A DNA stretch of 64,000 nt from Mobula hypostoma. Its lineage: Eukaryota. Shown piece by piece: positions 1 to 11,080 of the stretch. The first letter of the stretch is position 1. Each line of letters opens with the position of its first letter. A program made the position numbers and the translations under genes. The DNA lies in NCBI RefSeq assembly GCF_963921235.1, contig NC_086098.1:8184001-8248000 (forward strand), given 5' to 3'. Below the pieces are notes generated by a model, which worked only from the letters and a program-made list of their open reading frames with translations, was not told the origin of the DNA and made no database searches.

Positions 1-180
1 AACATAACATCATATCTCCTGTACTCAAGACATTAATTTATGAAGGCCAAAGTGCCAAAGGCTTTCTTTATAATCCTATCTACCTATGATGCCACTTTCA
101 AGGAAATATGGATCTATATTCTCAGATCCTCCATTTTACCACACTGCTCGGTGCCCTGCCATTCATCATGTGAGATCTAC
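1..180 (-). mobile_element. CR1 LINE ORF2 fragment (runs off window start)
   Basis: Similar to the minus-strand CR1 at 50576-50760 (tttatgaaggccaaagtgccaaaggctttc...gatgccactttcaagg). Confidence 0.7.
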
Positions 181-437
181 GTTGTGTTATGTATTCTGGT
201 TTTCTTGTCCTGAAATGTGAAGATATATTTTTAACCTAATTTTATATAATTGAATGTCATGTTATTTTAGGTGTATTTTTCTTTATCTATGTATTACCCC
301 TCACTCATATTTTCTTATTTTGGTTAGAAACACTTAGCATTGACAAAATTATTATTTTAATTACTTGTTCTTTACACTGCTGGCATTTAAGGCAGCAATG
401 AAGGTCCTCCATCTTTGTATGACCTTGGCCACAAAGA

Positions 438-1383
438 CAGACATGCCACTCATTTCAGGGAGGTAGCACCATCAATTTGCGGGAGACTTCCGGGAGAGGT
501 GGGATGTCTGCAATAGAGTAGCTCCTTAGCAGCTGGCCAGCTAGTTTAAATAACGTTAACTATGCTAATGAATGAATGACACCTGTTAAACTCACCTCAA
601 CATGTCTTTTACAATCTTAACCCACCATGGGCAATAGAAAAGTCACTGTTGCAAACAGTGCAGCGAGCAACACTGTCATTATTTTTGACCCCTATTAGGC
701 AGGGGTACACTTCAGTGTAGTCTGGGGTGACGTACGTTTTATATTTCCCTTTTTTGGAACACGCTGCCACTCTGACTTTTTTTGGAACTCTCTTGCTCTC
801 GCTGTCTCTCTCTCGCTCTCGCTCGTGCTCTTGCTCTCACTCTCTCTCTCGCTCTCGCTCATGCTCTTGCTCTCGCTCGTGCTCTTGCTCTCGCTCGCTC
901 TCTCTCTCGCTCTCTCTCTCGCTCTCTCTCTCGCTCGTGCTCTCTCTCTCGCTCTTTCTCTCGCTCTCTCTCTCGCTCGTGCTCTCTCTCTCGCTCGCGC
1001 TCTTGCTCTCGCTTGTGCTCTCTCTCTCGCTCGTGCTCTCTCTTGCTCTCTCTCTCACTCTCTCTCTCGCTCTCTCTCTCGCTCGTGCTCTCTCTCTCTC
1101 GCTCTCTCTCTCGCTCGTGCTCTTGCTCTCGCTCTCTCTCTCGCTCTCTCTCTCACTCGCGCTCTTGCTCTCGCTCTCTCTCTCGCTCGCACTCTCTCGT
1201 TCATGGTCACTCTCATTCACGCTCACTGTCTCGTTCTTGCTCTCGCTCTCTCTCGCACACTCTCTCACGCTCGCTCTCAAAAAAAATCAATTTCCAAGAC
1301 ATTGTATACAATTTACAGGCATCAGGGAGCCACTATTAATATGCGGGAGACTCCAGGAACTTCCGGGAGAGGTGGGATGTCTG
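438..1383. mobile_element. Non-autonomous DNA transposon (hAT-like MITE) with internal microsatellite
   Basis: Imperfect TIR cagacatgccac (438) / gtgggatgtctg (ends 1383); 6-bp TSD caaaga at 432-437 and 1384-1389; extra right end at ~457-510. Confidence 0.7.
790..1278. repeat. Compound (CT)n/(CTCG)/(CTCGTG) microsatellite
   Basis: Directly visible low-complexity run; source of the SL/ALAL/RE-repeat ORFs. Confidence 0.97.
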
Positions 1384-1991
1384 CAAAGAAGGAATTTTCT
1401 TTGCTCTTTCCATATAAAAAAAAATTGACCAGTCAGGTTTGTCAGCTCTGAGCTAAACTCTCAAATCTGGAGTACAGGTGGACCACTCTTAGCTTCTACC
1501 CTTTGACCTGTTTGGCATGGGTGATCCTACCAGGAGCCAAAGCACAAGGCACTGACTCCAGTCAATATCTATCTCTCTGAGTCACTGAGGCAAACAGGCC
1601 TCCAACTCCTATGACAAAGTTGTGGTCATCTTGGAGGGAGAAAGTTATTAATGTCATACAATTGAATCAATTGATTTCACGAAGCATGGTGAAATTTGAC
1701 CTGTATGTTCACAGAGATATTAAACTTCTGACTGACTTTAAAGTATTAAGAGCTGACTTCGCCTAGAGACAGAAATGTGTCATAAAATGGTATTTAAATT
1801 CAAAAGCATTCAGCAATGTATGTGAAACTAGGCAGGGAAACTACCTAACTATAAAACATTGAACCCATCACCATAAGCATGACAGTTATTTTTTTCCAGT
1901 CAGTATTCTGATTGGTTTATTTTTTGAATTCCATTTTTGAAGGCTTGAGGTTCATGAAAATTTTTCAAATTTATTTAAAAATAATAAGTTG

Positions 1992-2641
1992 TGTGTAGTG
2001 GCTCCATATGTCACTACCACAGGGCGTGACGACCCTGCCTTACTCGAGTCCCGGGCTCAGTTGGCTCCGGCTGACAGTACCCGGTATGGGCCCCTATCCA
2101 GGGTTACGGATCCCACTGCCTTGTGGGTATCTTCAGGAGAAGAGAAGGCAAAGGAGTAAACCCTGCACAAATCCGGAGTGGAGCCCCGAAGGCGATTGGA
2201 TGACATATCACGTCACCTCTCAGCAGCTCCTGCAGCCAAGCTGATGCCAAATGTACTGCTTTGCATTCATTTGGACCACATCCACAAGGCCGAGAGGGGG
2301 ATCTTGATGTCTGGGCAGCCCAGGATCTCCATACAGAGAGACACACAGAGAGTGGTGAATCTGTGGAATTCTCTGCCACAGCAAACTGTTGAGGCCGGTT
2401 CATTGGCTGTGTTTAAGAGGAAGTTAGATATGGCCCTTGTGGCTACAGGGGTCAGGGGGTATGGAGGGAAGGCTGGGTTCTGAGTTGGATGATCAGCCAT
2501 GATCATAATAAATGGCGGTGCAGGCTCGAAGGGCCGAATGGCCTACTCCTGCACCTATTTTCTATGTTTCTATATTCATCGCCCAGGTCTGCGCCCCAGA
2601 ACTGGGCCCATCCATTGTCTATTTAGACAGACGGAGCCATG
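1992..2641 (+). mobile_element. RTE-type non-autonomous retroposon with nested CR1 tail
   Basis: 9-bp direct repeat aataagttg at 1983-1991 and 2642-2650; RTE-5'UTR-like motif gagaagagaaggcaaaggagtaaaccc. Confidence 0.5.
2341..2574 (+). mobile_element. 5'-truncated CR1 3' end (young subfamily, same as 41468-43217)
   Basis: Encodes QRVVNLWNSLPQQTVEA...GYGGKAG; 3'UTR stem gggccgaatggcct; tttctatgtttcta tail; near-identical to the 41468-41715 tail. Confidence 0.92.
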
Positions 2642-3084
2642 AATAAGTTGAGTAATTTCAACTTCTATCCTGTGTTTTCAAAACAAATTTAAAGACAGAG
2701 TTTTTTTGTTTTGTATTTGCTGAATGCAGCTAAGTGGGAGCAGGTCAGTTAGACAATACAGTCAGTATGGATAAGATGGGCCTCAGGGCCTATTTTTGTG
2801 CTGTTTGGCTCTATGACTGTACAGCTCAAGTAGAGGTCAATTGTGACCAATTTTCAGTTGGGAATCACACCACTCAGGAAATCTGACCAGGTCTTCCATC
2901 TCTAATCACAGTTGCTTGATATAATTTCTATAGCAACGGGACGTTACTCCCCATATTATGATCCATTCCTCTGGAACCAACCATTATCAGGTACTTGGAT
3001 GACAACTGGATCTTCACAAAGGAAAGCTGCATTGCACTATGGTTTCATATTTACCTCTCGCAGTGCAGAGCTCCTACCTGACAG

Positions 3085-3200
3085 TTCACCTCTCCCCCAC
3101 CTAGCCAGCCCAGTCCAGATGAAGGTTCTCAGAAATTTTGACTGTTTATTTCGCTCAGTAGATGCTGCCAAATCTGTTGTGCTCCTCCAGCATCTTGTGT
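3085..3200 (+). mobile_element. Degenerate Penelope-type terminal-repeat fragment
   Basis: cagtccagatgaaggttctc...ttgactgt...gatgctgcc...ctccagcat matches the 4732-5044 family. Confidence 0.6.
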
Positions 3201-3264
3201 GGTCACCCATTGATATCCACATGAGCCCTTAAAAGTTGGCATGGTAGTGCAGCAGTTAGTGTGA

Positions 3265-3697
3265 AAAAAAATTATGACATATGTGAGTGATGCTAAACCT
3301 GACTCTATTGTGGACTGAGAGAGGGAAGGGGGCAGGGGGAGAGAAATCATGGTTGGAGAAAGGAGAAGGGAGAGTGGAGGGAGTGGGAAGCACCAGCAAG
3401 AGATTCTGTAATGATCAATAAACCAATTGTTTGGAATCAAATTACCTTTCTTGGTGTTTCAGGGTGTTTTGGTACGTGTGTCATCTCTGTCTTCTGGCAT
3501 TCCTTCTCCGCCACCTGTCCCACATCCACCGCCCCCCCCCCCATGGCACTCCACCCTCACCATTCCCAACATCCTTTGCTCCTGCTAGATTTACAAACTT
3601 GCTCTCCACCCAACATTAGCAAATACAGGACTGTGCAAAAATCTTAAGTGCCCTAGCTATATATATAAGTCTGTGTAAGACTCCTGCACAGTACTGT
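3265..3697 (+). mobile_element. Composite Tc1-like MITE (partial copy)
   Basis: Homologous to 20766-21652 and 48166-48617; terminal hairpin actgtgcaaaaatcttaag...aagactcctgcacagt at ~3625-3697. Confidence 0.7.
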
Positions 3698-4731
3698 CAA
3701 TGTGACAAATAAAGCTAACCTTTTAACTTGCAGCTTGCAAGTCTCAAGCAAGTCGTCACAATGAAGATACCGGTTACCAATAGGTGGCTGGGCACATTGG
3801 GCTGGATTGGCTTGTTACTGCGCCGTATCTCAAAGTAAGCATTAGATAAATAAATAAAACATACCCACAGATGGAAAGGAAGCAAGTGACAGCAGGGGAA
3901 CTGTATAAAAGTATATATGAGTGAATCTTCACAGGACACGTAAATACTCATAATAGCTCTAGCAGTTAAGGTGAATTTATGAAATGGAGCTCAGTCTGAC
4001 AAATATAATTCTTTTAAAGGTTGAAACTGGTACAATAGTTAAGGAGTAACATGGACATGCCATATTTGGACTTCCAGAAGACCTGCGATAAGATGCAACA
4101 CGGGTTATTAATCAAAATTATATTTCACAGGATTCTGAATAGTATACTAAGATTCAAAGGTTCATTTTATTATCGAAGTATGCACGCAGGATACAACTCT
4201 GATATTTGTCATCTCCGGATAGCCATAATACAGAAAACCATATGTAACGCACTGTAATGTTTCACTGATAGCGTAATGGTTTCTCTGTAGCAGCAATGTT
4301 TGGATTATGACTAGAGATAACGGGAGCTTTGCAATGTGCGCTATCCAATGAGAGGCATGTTGTTCTTTCTTGTGGGTCTGAGAGAAGGGATATTGTGGTC
4401 TTTTGGCAGTGAGAGATGAAAAGAGAAGACACGAGTGGAGAGAGTTGGTAGGTCGCCAGACAGAGTGGAATGAGGAGCGAGGGTCCAAGGGTCTGAGACA
4501 CTCGGAGGAGGTTGATGGGGAACAAATGGATGGAAGCGTGAGCTCCAACATTGCGCATTAGACTGTTTCTTTACAGTGGGCCCTTTCTCTTTTTTCGTTT
4601 ATTTACTAACTGATAGTCAAATTAAGAATTATAAAGCTGCATATTGTGTACTGTTTGTTATTTCGTGGTACTGATTGGTAACAGGACAACACATCACGCA
4701 GCATCCACACAAACAGCATTTCTCAAGTTTG

Positions 4732-5044
4732 TCCCCTCCTTGCCTTTCTTCCCGGACCTCCTGTACCGTGATCCTCTCGTATCCCCTTTTGCCTGTCACC
4801 TGTCCAGCTCTTGGCTCCATCCCTCCCCCCCCCCCCCGTCTTCTCCTATCATTTTGGATCTCCCCCTCCCCCTCCAACTTTCAAATCCCTTACTCACTCT
4901 TCCTTCAGTTAGTCCTGACGAAGGGTCTCGGCCTGAAACGTCGACTGTACCTCTTCCTACAGATGCTGCCTGGCCTGCTGCGTTCACCAGCAACTTTGAT
5001 GTGTGTTGCTTGAATTTCCAGCATCTGCCGAATTCCTGTTGTTC
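4732..5044 (+). mobile_element. Penelope-type non-autonomous retroposon carrying a hammerhead motif
   Basis: 12-bp TSD ttctcaagtttg at 4720-4731 and 5045-5056; pyrimidine-rich body followed by the ctgacga...gaaacgtc core. Confidence 0.75.
4910..4947 (+). ncRNA. Minimal type I hammerhead ribozyme motif
   Basis: TAGTC-CTGACGA-AGG(GTCTCGG)CCT-GAAA-CG-TC-GACTG: stem I AGTC/GACT, CUGAnGA and GAAA boxes, palindromic ACGT stem III, GUC triplet. Confidence 0.7.
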
Positions 5045-5391
5045 TTCTCAAGTTTGGCTGGCCTGGAGGCTGTCTTCACCTAGATTACGCCGCTAGCCAA
5101 ACCTGAGGTTTACAATTGTGGATGTATCCTTCCAGTATTGATTTTGTTGGATGCTGTGTGATCATTCTGAGCATTGAACCAGCAGGGTAGATATTCGTAC
5201 TCCGGATGAATTGTTGATTCGCCTGTTAAATACTGTTAAAGTTACAAATGTGGGGTTGGAAGGTTTGATAAAAGCGCGGGCACAGCTGCTACATCACCAG
5301 ACTAGTGCTGATGTAGCAGCAGCGGAGCAGGCCGTATCACAAGCTGAGTTTTCCGTAGCCGGGGGGTGGAGAGTTCAAAGACAGGGTTCTA

Positions 5392-7860
5392 TTGTTTCTG
5401 AGAGGTGAGGGGAAGGAGTGGTCGGATTTGGAATGTCAGATTAGTCCCCGTCCCCCAGGGAAGAGTGAGAATTCTCAGTTAGTATCCACCCTTACCTCTT
5501 TGGCGAATAAATGGAAAAATGCCCAGGTTCAAAGTCCCAGCTACGGTAGGCTGCGTGTATTCTCTGGAATAACGGCCACCCTTAAAGGCGAGGAGGAGTT
5601 TGAGACTTGGGTGGGGCAGACCTCTCAGTTGTTAGATGAGTGGCAGTGCTCTGATGACGTAAAGTGACAGAGATTGGTTGAGAGTTTGAGTGGGCGGACT
5701 GCTGACGTTGTGAGAGTCGTCAGGTTACGGTATCCCCTTGCAACCGTGAGTGGTTACATGCGAGCATTGAAGAATGCTTTTGGTACAACAGGAAGCCCAA
5801 TGGAGCTCATGGTGGGGTTTCAGAAGAAGGGGGAGAAGCTTTCTGCTTATATGGATCAGCTAAGAATGGACCAGATAGCCAGGGGCGCCCAGTCCCAGGA
5901 CCTGATTGCTTGGGATCTCCAAATGTCTCGTAAGACACACACCCCCACTCTTTTGTAGAGGAGATTGTGGCAGAGTTCAGAACAGAGATATGTTGGCTGT
6001 TATCAATGGGTGTGACCCCCCCCTATGATGGAGCTGCTGGGGAGCAGATCCCTTAAGGGGACGATCAACGTGGAGGGCTGTTGGCAGCAGGTATCACGTG
6101 AGAAGGAGAGTGAACCCCGGGTACCTAAGCAGAGAGAGTCGTTGGGAAAACTTAGCGGAGACCCAGTGAGGGAAGGGCCTGGTGTCTCTGGGGGAACACG
6201 TTCCCAGCAATGTACCAAGGAACCCCGAGAAGCAAAAAGCCGAATTCCTGAAGGCTTAGTAGGACCACGCTCCAGTGTGTCGCTATTGATAGAGGGTATT
6301 TATGCTAACGCCATACTCGACACCGGATTGCAGGTAATATTGTTGTATCATTCATTTTACAACCAGTATCTGAAGCATTTACCATTGACACCATTCAGGG
6401 CACTGGAGATCTGGGGGCTTAGTGCTAGTGATTATCCACATGACGGTTATTTGTCAGTGAAATTGGAGTTCTCGGAGGCTGATGTAGGAGTGTCTGAGAT
6501 CCTTGATACATCAGTGGGGACCAACACTCCTCTTGTGAGGAGGCAGGATCAACTGGGAGCTTCTGATGACGCCATTCCCCAAGTTTACTGTAACCTGACT
6601 GCTCTGAAGACAAACCAGCTGCCGGAATTGAGTTCTGGCGAAGTGGCAGCTGCTCAGCGAGACGACCCAGACATCAGTACCATTTGATCAGAGGTTGAAA
6701 AGTGAGACGTGGCTCAGGCAGAGAAGACAAAACACGCGGCGTGCCTCCATTACTGAAAGAATGGCCTCGGATGGAGTTGTGGAACCAGATCCTACATCGG
6801 GTCACGTCAGCCCCGGACCAACCTCGGCGTTGCCAGCTGGTTCTGCCTGAGAAGTATCGGAGGATTGTGTTGAGGTCACTTCATGATGATTCTGGACATT
6901 TCGGGGTGGACAAGACCTATGGATTCCTCAGAGACCGGTTTTACTGGCCCCGAATGAAGTCAGAGGTTGAAGAATACTGCAAGTCGTGCATTTGATGCAT
7001 ACGGCGGAAGACACTGCCTACGTGGGCAGCTCCCTTGTCCCACTTGTAGAGTGTGGTGCTCCTGGACCTGGTGTGTATGGATTTCCTGTCCATAGAACCC
7101 AATGCCAGCAACATGGTGAACGTCTTAGTCATCACGGACCACTATACCAGATATGCTCAGGCTTTTCCTACCAAGGACCAGAGGGCATCCACAGTGGCCA
7201 AAGTGTTATGGGAGAAGGATTTCATCTATGACGGCCTTCCAAGGCGGATACATAGTGATCAGGGATGGGATTTCGAGAGCAGGCTCATCCATGAGTTACT
7301 GGACAAGCCTCAAGGACCACACCCTAACATCTACAGGGTGATCCCCAGCCCGAGAGGTTTAATCAGACCTTGCTAGACATACTCGGGACCCTGGAGATCA
7401 GCAAGAAGGGCCGGTGGAGTCAACATATTGGACATCTGGATCAAAATGAAGCTACTGGGTACACGCCATACTATCTGATGTTTGGGCACGAGGCAAGTTT
7501 GCCCATTGACCTTTGTTTTGGGACTGACGAGGGCAATTGACCACCAAAGACTTGGCTGAAGTATATGTCTGACATGAGAAGAGAGCTGAAAAAGGCTTAT
7601 GAATTAGTTCGGGTCGTGGCTGCCAAGCAGAGTCAAGGAAATAAGAGGAGGTATGATCAAAAGGTGAGGTTGTCCCAGCTCCGGCCGGGAGACAGAGTCC
7701 TCATAGGGAATTTGGGGCTACCGGGAAAACATAAGTTGGATGACCACTGGCTGGCTAAGCCCTATCTGGTGGAGAGTCACCAAACCTACCAGTTTTCCGG
7801 TGAAACCAGAGTATGGGAATGGGCCTGCCAAGATTCTTCACTGGAACCACCTGCTGCCCC
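5392..7860 (+). pseudogene. Decayed Ty3/Gypsy gag (PNMA-like)-protease-integrase; RT/RNase H absent
   Basis: gag YGRLRVFSG...GEEEFETW...EW...LVESL; protease AILDTG; integrase HHCC (LHDDSGHFG...CKSC), core LVCMDF...IHSDQG, C-terminal RYDQKVR..PGDRVL; many stops and frameshifts. Element continues to ~8708. Confidence 0.9.
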
Positions 7861-7880
7861 GGGACAAGAAGTGCAGGTAG

Positions 7881-8218
7881 TTGTCGTGACTATCCCTCGA
7901 GGTCAAGGATGATGGTCTTCGTACTGAAGAAGTGGCCCACGGAGTGAAGACGCCTGTGCGTGTATTTGTTTAACGTGTACTTGATGTTGCACTCCAAGAA
8001 GCACACGATACTTCACAAATCAACCAACTGATTCCAATGGAATAAAAACCACGACGATTGGACTGATGGATTTGTTGCAGCCTTCATCCGCCTTCACAGC
8101 CATTGAGTTCGAAGTAACTTCATCCGCCTGTTCCACCGTTAAGGTCTTGGTTGGATTGTTCTTTGTCAGGGACCTCACCCTCGATCTTACCGCCATGGGT
8201 GACCCTACCAGGAGCATG
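7881..8218 (-). mobile_element. RTE-type SINE/non-autonomous element inserted in the Gypsy
   Basis: 10-bp TSD gtgcaggtag at 7871-7880 and 8219-8228; shares catgggtgaccctaccaggagc with 361-1640. Confidence 0.7.
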
Positions 8219-8708
8219 GTGCAGGTAGACCCAGAGCCCGACTTGGAGCCTACACCTCTGTGGAAATGCGGGGCGACTGCAGGGTCAACAGAGGTTAAGC
8301 CGGCCCCCACCCCTGAGAGGGATACTGATTCGGAGGTTGGGGACCTGGATGTGTGGTATATTCTGCCTCTTGCTAACTCCCCATTGATTGAGGAAGAGAC
8401 CTCCAACCCTTCTCCCGCTGAGTCAGGTGAAGTGGGGGGATGACTCTCTGTGGACAGCCTGGTTTGCAGCGGGACCCTGCAAAAGATGAAGCAGGGTTTG
8501 GCCATGGGACAGAGTGGTCCAAGTTTCAGGTGGGCATGAGTGATAGGCCTCGCCAGGTAGATTGGAAGTATCCCCAGCAGTGTCTGAACCTGAAGAGTTA
8601 GGTGAGAGGGAACAGAGTTTTCAGAGAATTAGGAGACCACCAGATAGACTGACCTACGTAGCATTGGGGGAACAGAGTGTGACCCCCACCGTTTTGGGGA
8701 GCTATGTC

Positions 8709-8885
8709 ATAGAATCATAGGAAACCTACTACACAATCAGGCCCTTTGGCCCACAAAGTTGTGCCGAACATGTCCCTACCTTAGAAATTGCTGGCTTACC
8801 CATAGCCCTCTATTTTTCTAAGCGCCATGTGCCTATCCAAAAGGTCTTTTAAGAGACTTTGGATAGGTACATGGAGCTTAGAAAA
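8709..8885 (-). mobile_element. CR1 3' tail with fold-back inversion at its 5' end
   Basis: Tail matches 26972-27130; 8814-8841 is inverted-repeated at 8858-8885. Confidence 0.85.
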
Positions 8886-11080
8886 GAAGTATCGTTCTTG
8901 AAGCAAGTACATTAGGGATATTACACTGATTAAGACCATAAGATAAAGAAGCAGAATTATGCCATTTGGCCCATCGAGTCAGTGCTGTCATTTAATCATG
9001 GCAGATCCAATTTTCCTCTTGGCCTCAATCTCCTGTCTTCTCCCTGAATCCCTTCATGCCCTGACCAATCAAGTATCTGCCAACCTCTGCAATAAATATA
9101 CATCAAGACTTGGCCTCCACAGCTGCCTATGGCAAGGAATTCTATAGATTCACCACTCTCTGGCTAAAGAAATTCCTTCTCATCTCCATTCTAAAAGGAC
9201 GCACTTGCATTTTGAGGGTGCGTCCTCTGGTCTTAGACTTTCCCACCATAAGAAACATCCTCCCCATCTCCACTCTATCAAGGCCTTTCACCATTCCATA
9301 GTTTCAATAATGTCACCCCTCATTTTACTGAATTTTAATGAATACAGGTCCAGAGCCATCAAATGTTTTTCATATGACAAGCAATTCAATCCAGGTATCA
9401 TTTCCATGAACCTCCTTTGGATTGTCTCCAATTTCAGCACATTCTTTCTAGGATATGGGACCCAAAACAGCTCACAATACTCCAAATGAGGCCTCACTAA
9501 TGCTTCACGAAATCTCAACATTACATTCTTGTTTTTATATTCTAGTCTTCTTGAAATGAATGCTAACATTGCGTTTGACTTCCTCACCAGAGACTCAACC
9601 TGCCAATTAACCTTTAGGGAAACCTACACAAGGTCTCCTAAATCTCTTTGCACATCGGTTTTTTTGTATTTTCTCTCCTTTTAGGAAGTAGTTAACCCTT
9701 TCATTTCTTCTACCAAAGAACGTGACCATACACTTCCCCCCATTGTATCCCATCTGCCATTTCTTTGTCCATTCTCTGAATCTATCTAAGTCCTTCTTTA
9801 GACTCTCTAGTTCCTTAAAACGACCTGTCCTCCACCTATCTTCATGTCATCTGCAAACTTTTCAACAAAACCATCAATTCTATCATCCAAATCATTGACA
9901 TATAATGTGAGAAGAGTCAGTCCTAATACAGACCACTCTGGAACACCACTAGTCACTGGCAGACAGAAAGAAAGGGCTCCCTTTAGTCCCACTCTTTCCT
10001 TCCTGCCAATCAGCCATGCTTTATCCATGCTAGAATCTTTCCTGTAATACCATGGGCTCATAGCTTGTTAAGAAGCCTCATGTGTGACACCTTGACAAAG
10101 GCCTTCTGAAAACCCAACTGATTCTACTTAGTCTATTCTTTGTTATTCCTTCAAAGAATTTCAACAGATTTGTCAGGCAAGGTTTTCCCGGGGGAACTAA
10201 GCTGACTGGCCTTTTTTATCATCTGCCTCCAAGTACCAGAGACCTCATCCTTAATAATCGACTCCAACATCTTCCCAACCACTAAGGTCAGATTAGGTAG
10301 CCTATAGTTTCTTTTCTTCTGCTTCTCTCCTTTCTTGAAGAGTAGAAGGTTATTTGCAATTCTCCAGTCTTCCGGAACAATTCCAGAATCTAGTGATTCT
10401 TGAAAGATCATTACTAATACCTCCACAATCTCTTCAGCCAGCTCTTTCAGAACTCTGGGGTGTACAGCATCTGGTATAGATGACTTGTCTATCTTCAGAC
10501 CTTTCAGTTTCCCAAAAACCTTCTCTCTAGTTATGACAACTTTACACACTACATGCCCCCGACACATGGAGCTCCCACCATATTGCTAGTGTCTTCCACA
10601 GTGAAGACTGATGCAAAATACTTATTCACTTCGTCCGCCTTTCGTTGTCCCCCATTACAACCTCTCCAGCATCATTTTCCAGCAGTCTGATATCCACTCT
10701 CACCTCTCTTTTTAAAAGTTTCCCAATCCTCCTACTATTTTTTACGCTATTATATACCATTAAATACCCTCTCTTTGGCTTTTATGTTGGTTTCAATGTC
10801 TCTTGTTAGCCATGGTTGTGTCATCTTTCCATAAGAATACTTCTTCCTCTTTGAGATGTGCCTTCTGAACTGCTTCATGAAATTCCAGCCATTGCTCTCT
10901 GCTGTCATCCCTGCCAGTGTTCTTTTCCAATTAGTTCTGGCGAACTCTACAAGCAGAGTTGACAAAGGAGATGCAGTAGATGTGGTGTACTTGGATTTTC
11001 AGAAGGCCTTTGACAAAGTGCCACACATGAGGCTGCTTAGCAAGATAAGAGCCCATGGAATTACAGGGAAGTTGCTACTA

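Larger units (their letters stand above)
361..1640 (-). mobile_element. RTE-type non-autonomous retroposon/SINE, split by the 438-1383 transposon
   Basis: RTE-like 3' tail (ggcatttaaggcagcaatgaaggtcctccat) at 382-412; motif catgggtgatcctaccaggagc near 1517 is shared with the 7881-8218 insertion. Confidence 0.5.
4243..5114 (+). mobile_element. 5' LTR of Gypsy element (interrupted by 4732-5044)
   Basis: Begins TGTAA (4243), ends TTACA (5114), directly upstream of the gag remnant; no 3' LTR seen to confirm. Confidence 0.6.

Noticed and set aside
727..1451. Four long overlapping ORFs (SL, ALAL and RE repeats)
   Set aside because: Stop-free by-product of the CT/CG microsatellite.
2934..2990. Plus-strand 57-nt exon candidate (TGRYSPYYDPFLWNQPLS)
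   Set aside because: Weak donor (gtactt), no recognisable homology and no supporting neighbouring exons.
5392..5958. Domesticated PNMA gene
   Set aside because: In-frame stops and deletions; embedded with LTR, protease and integrase remnants.
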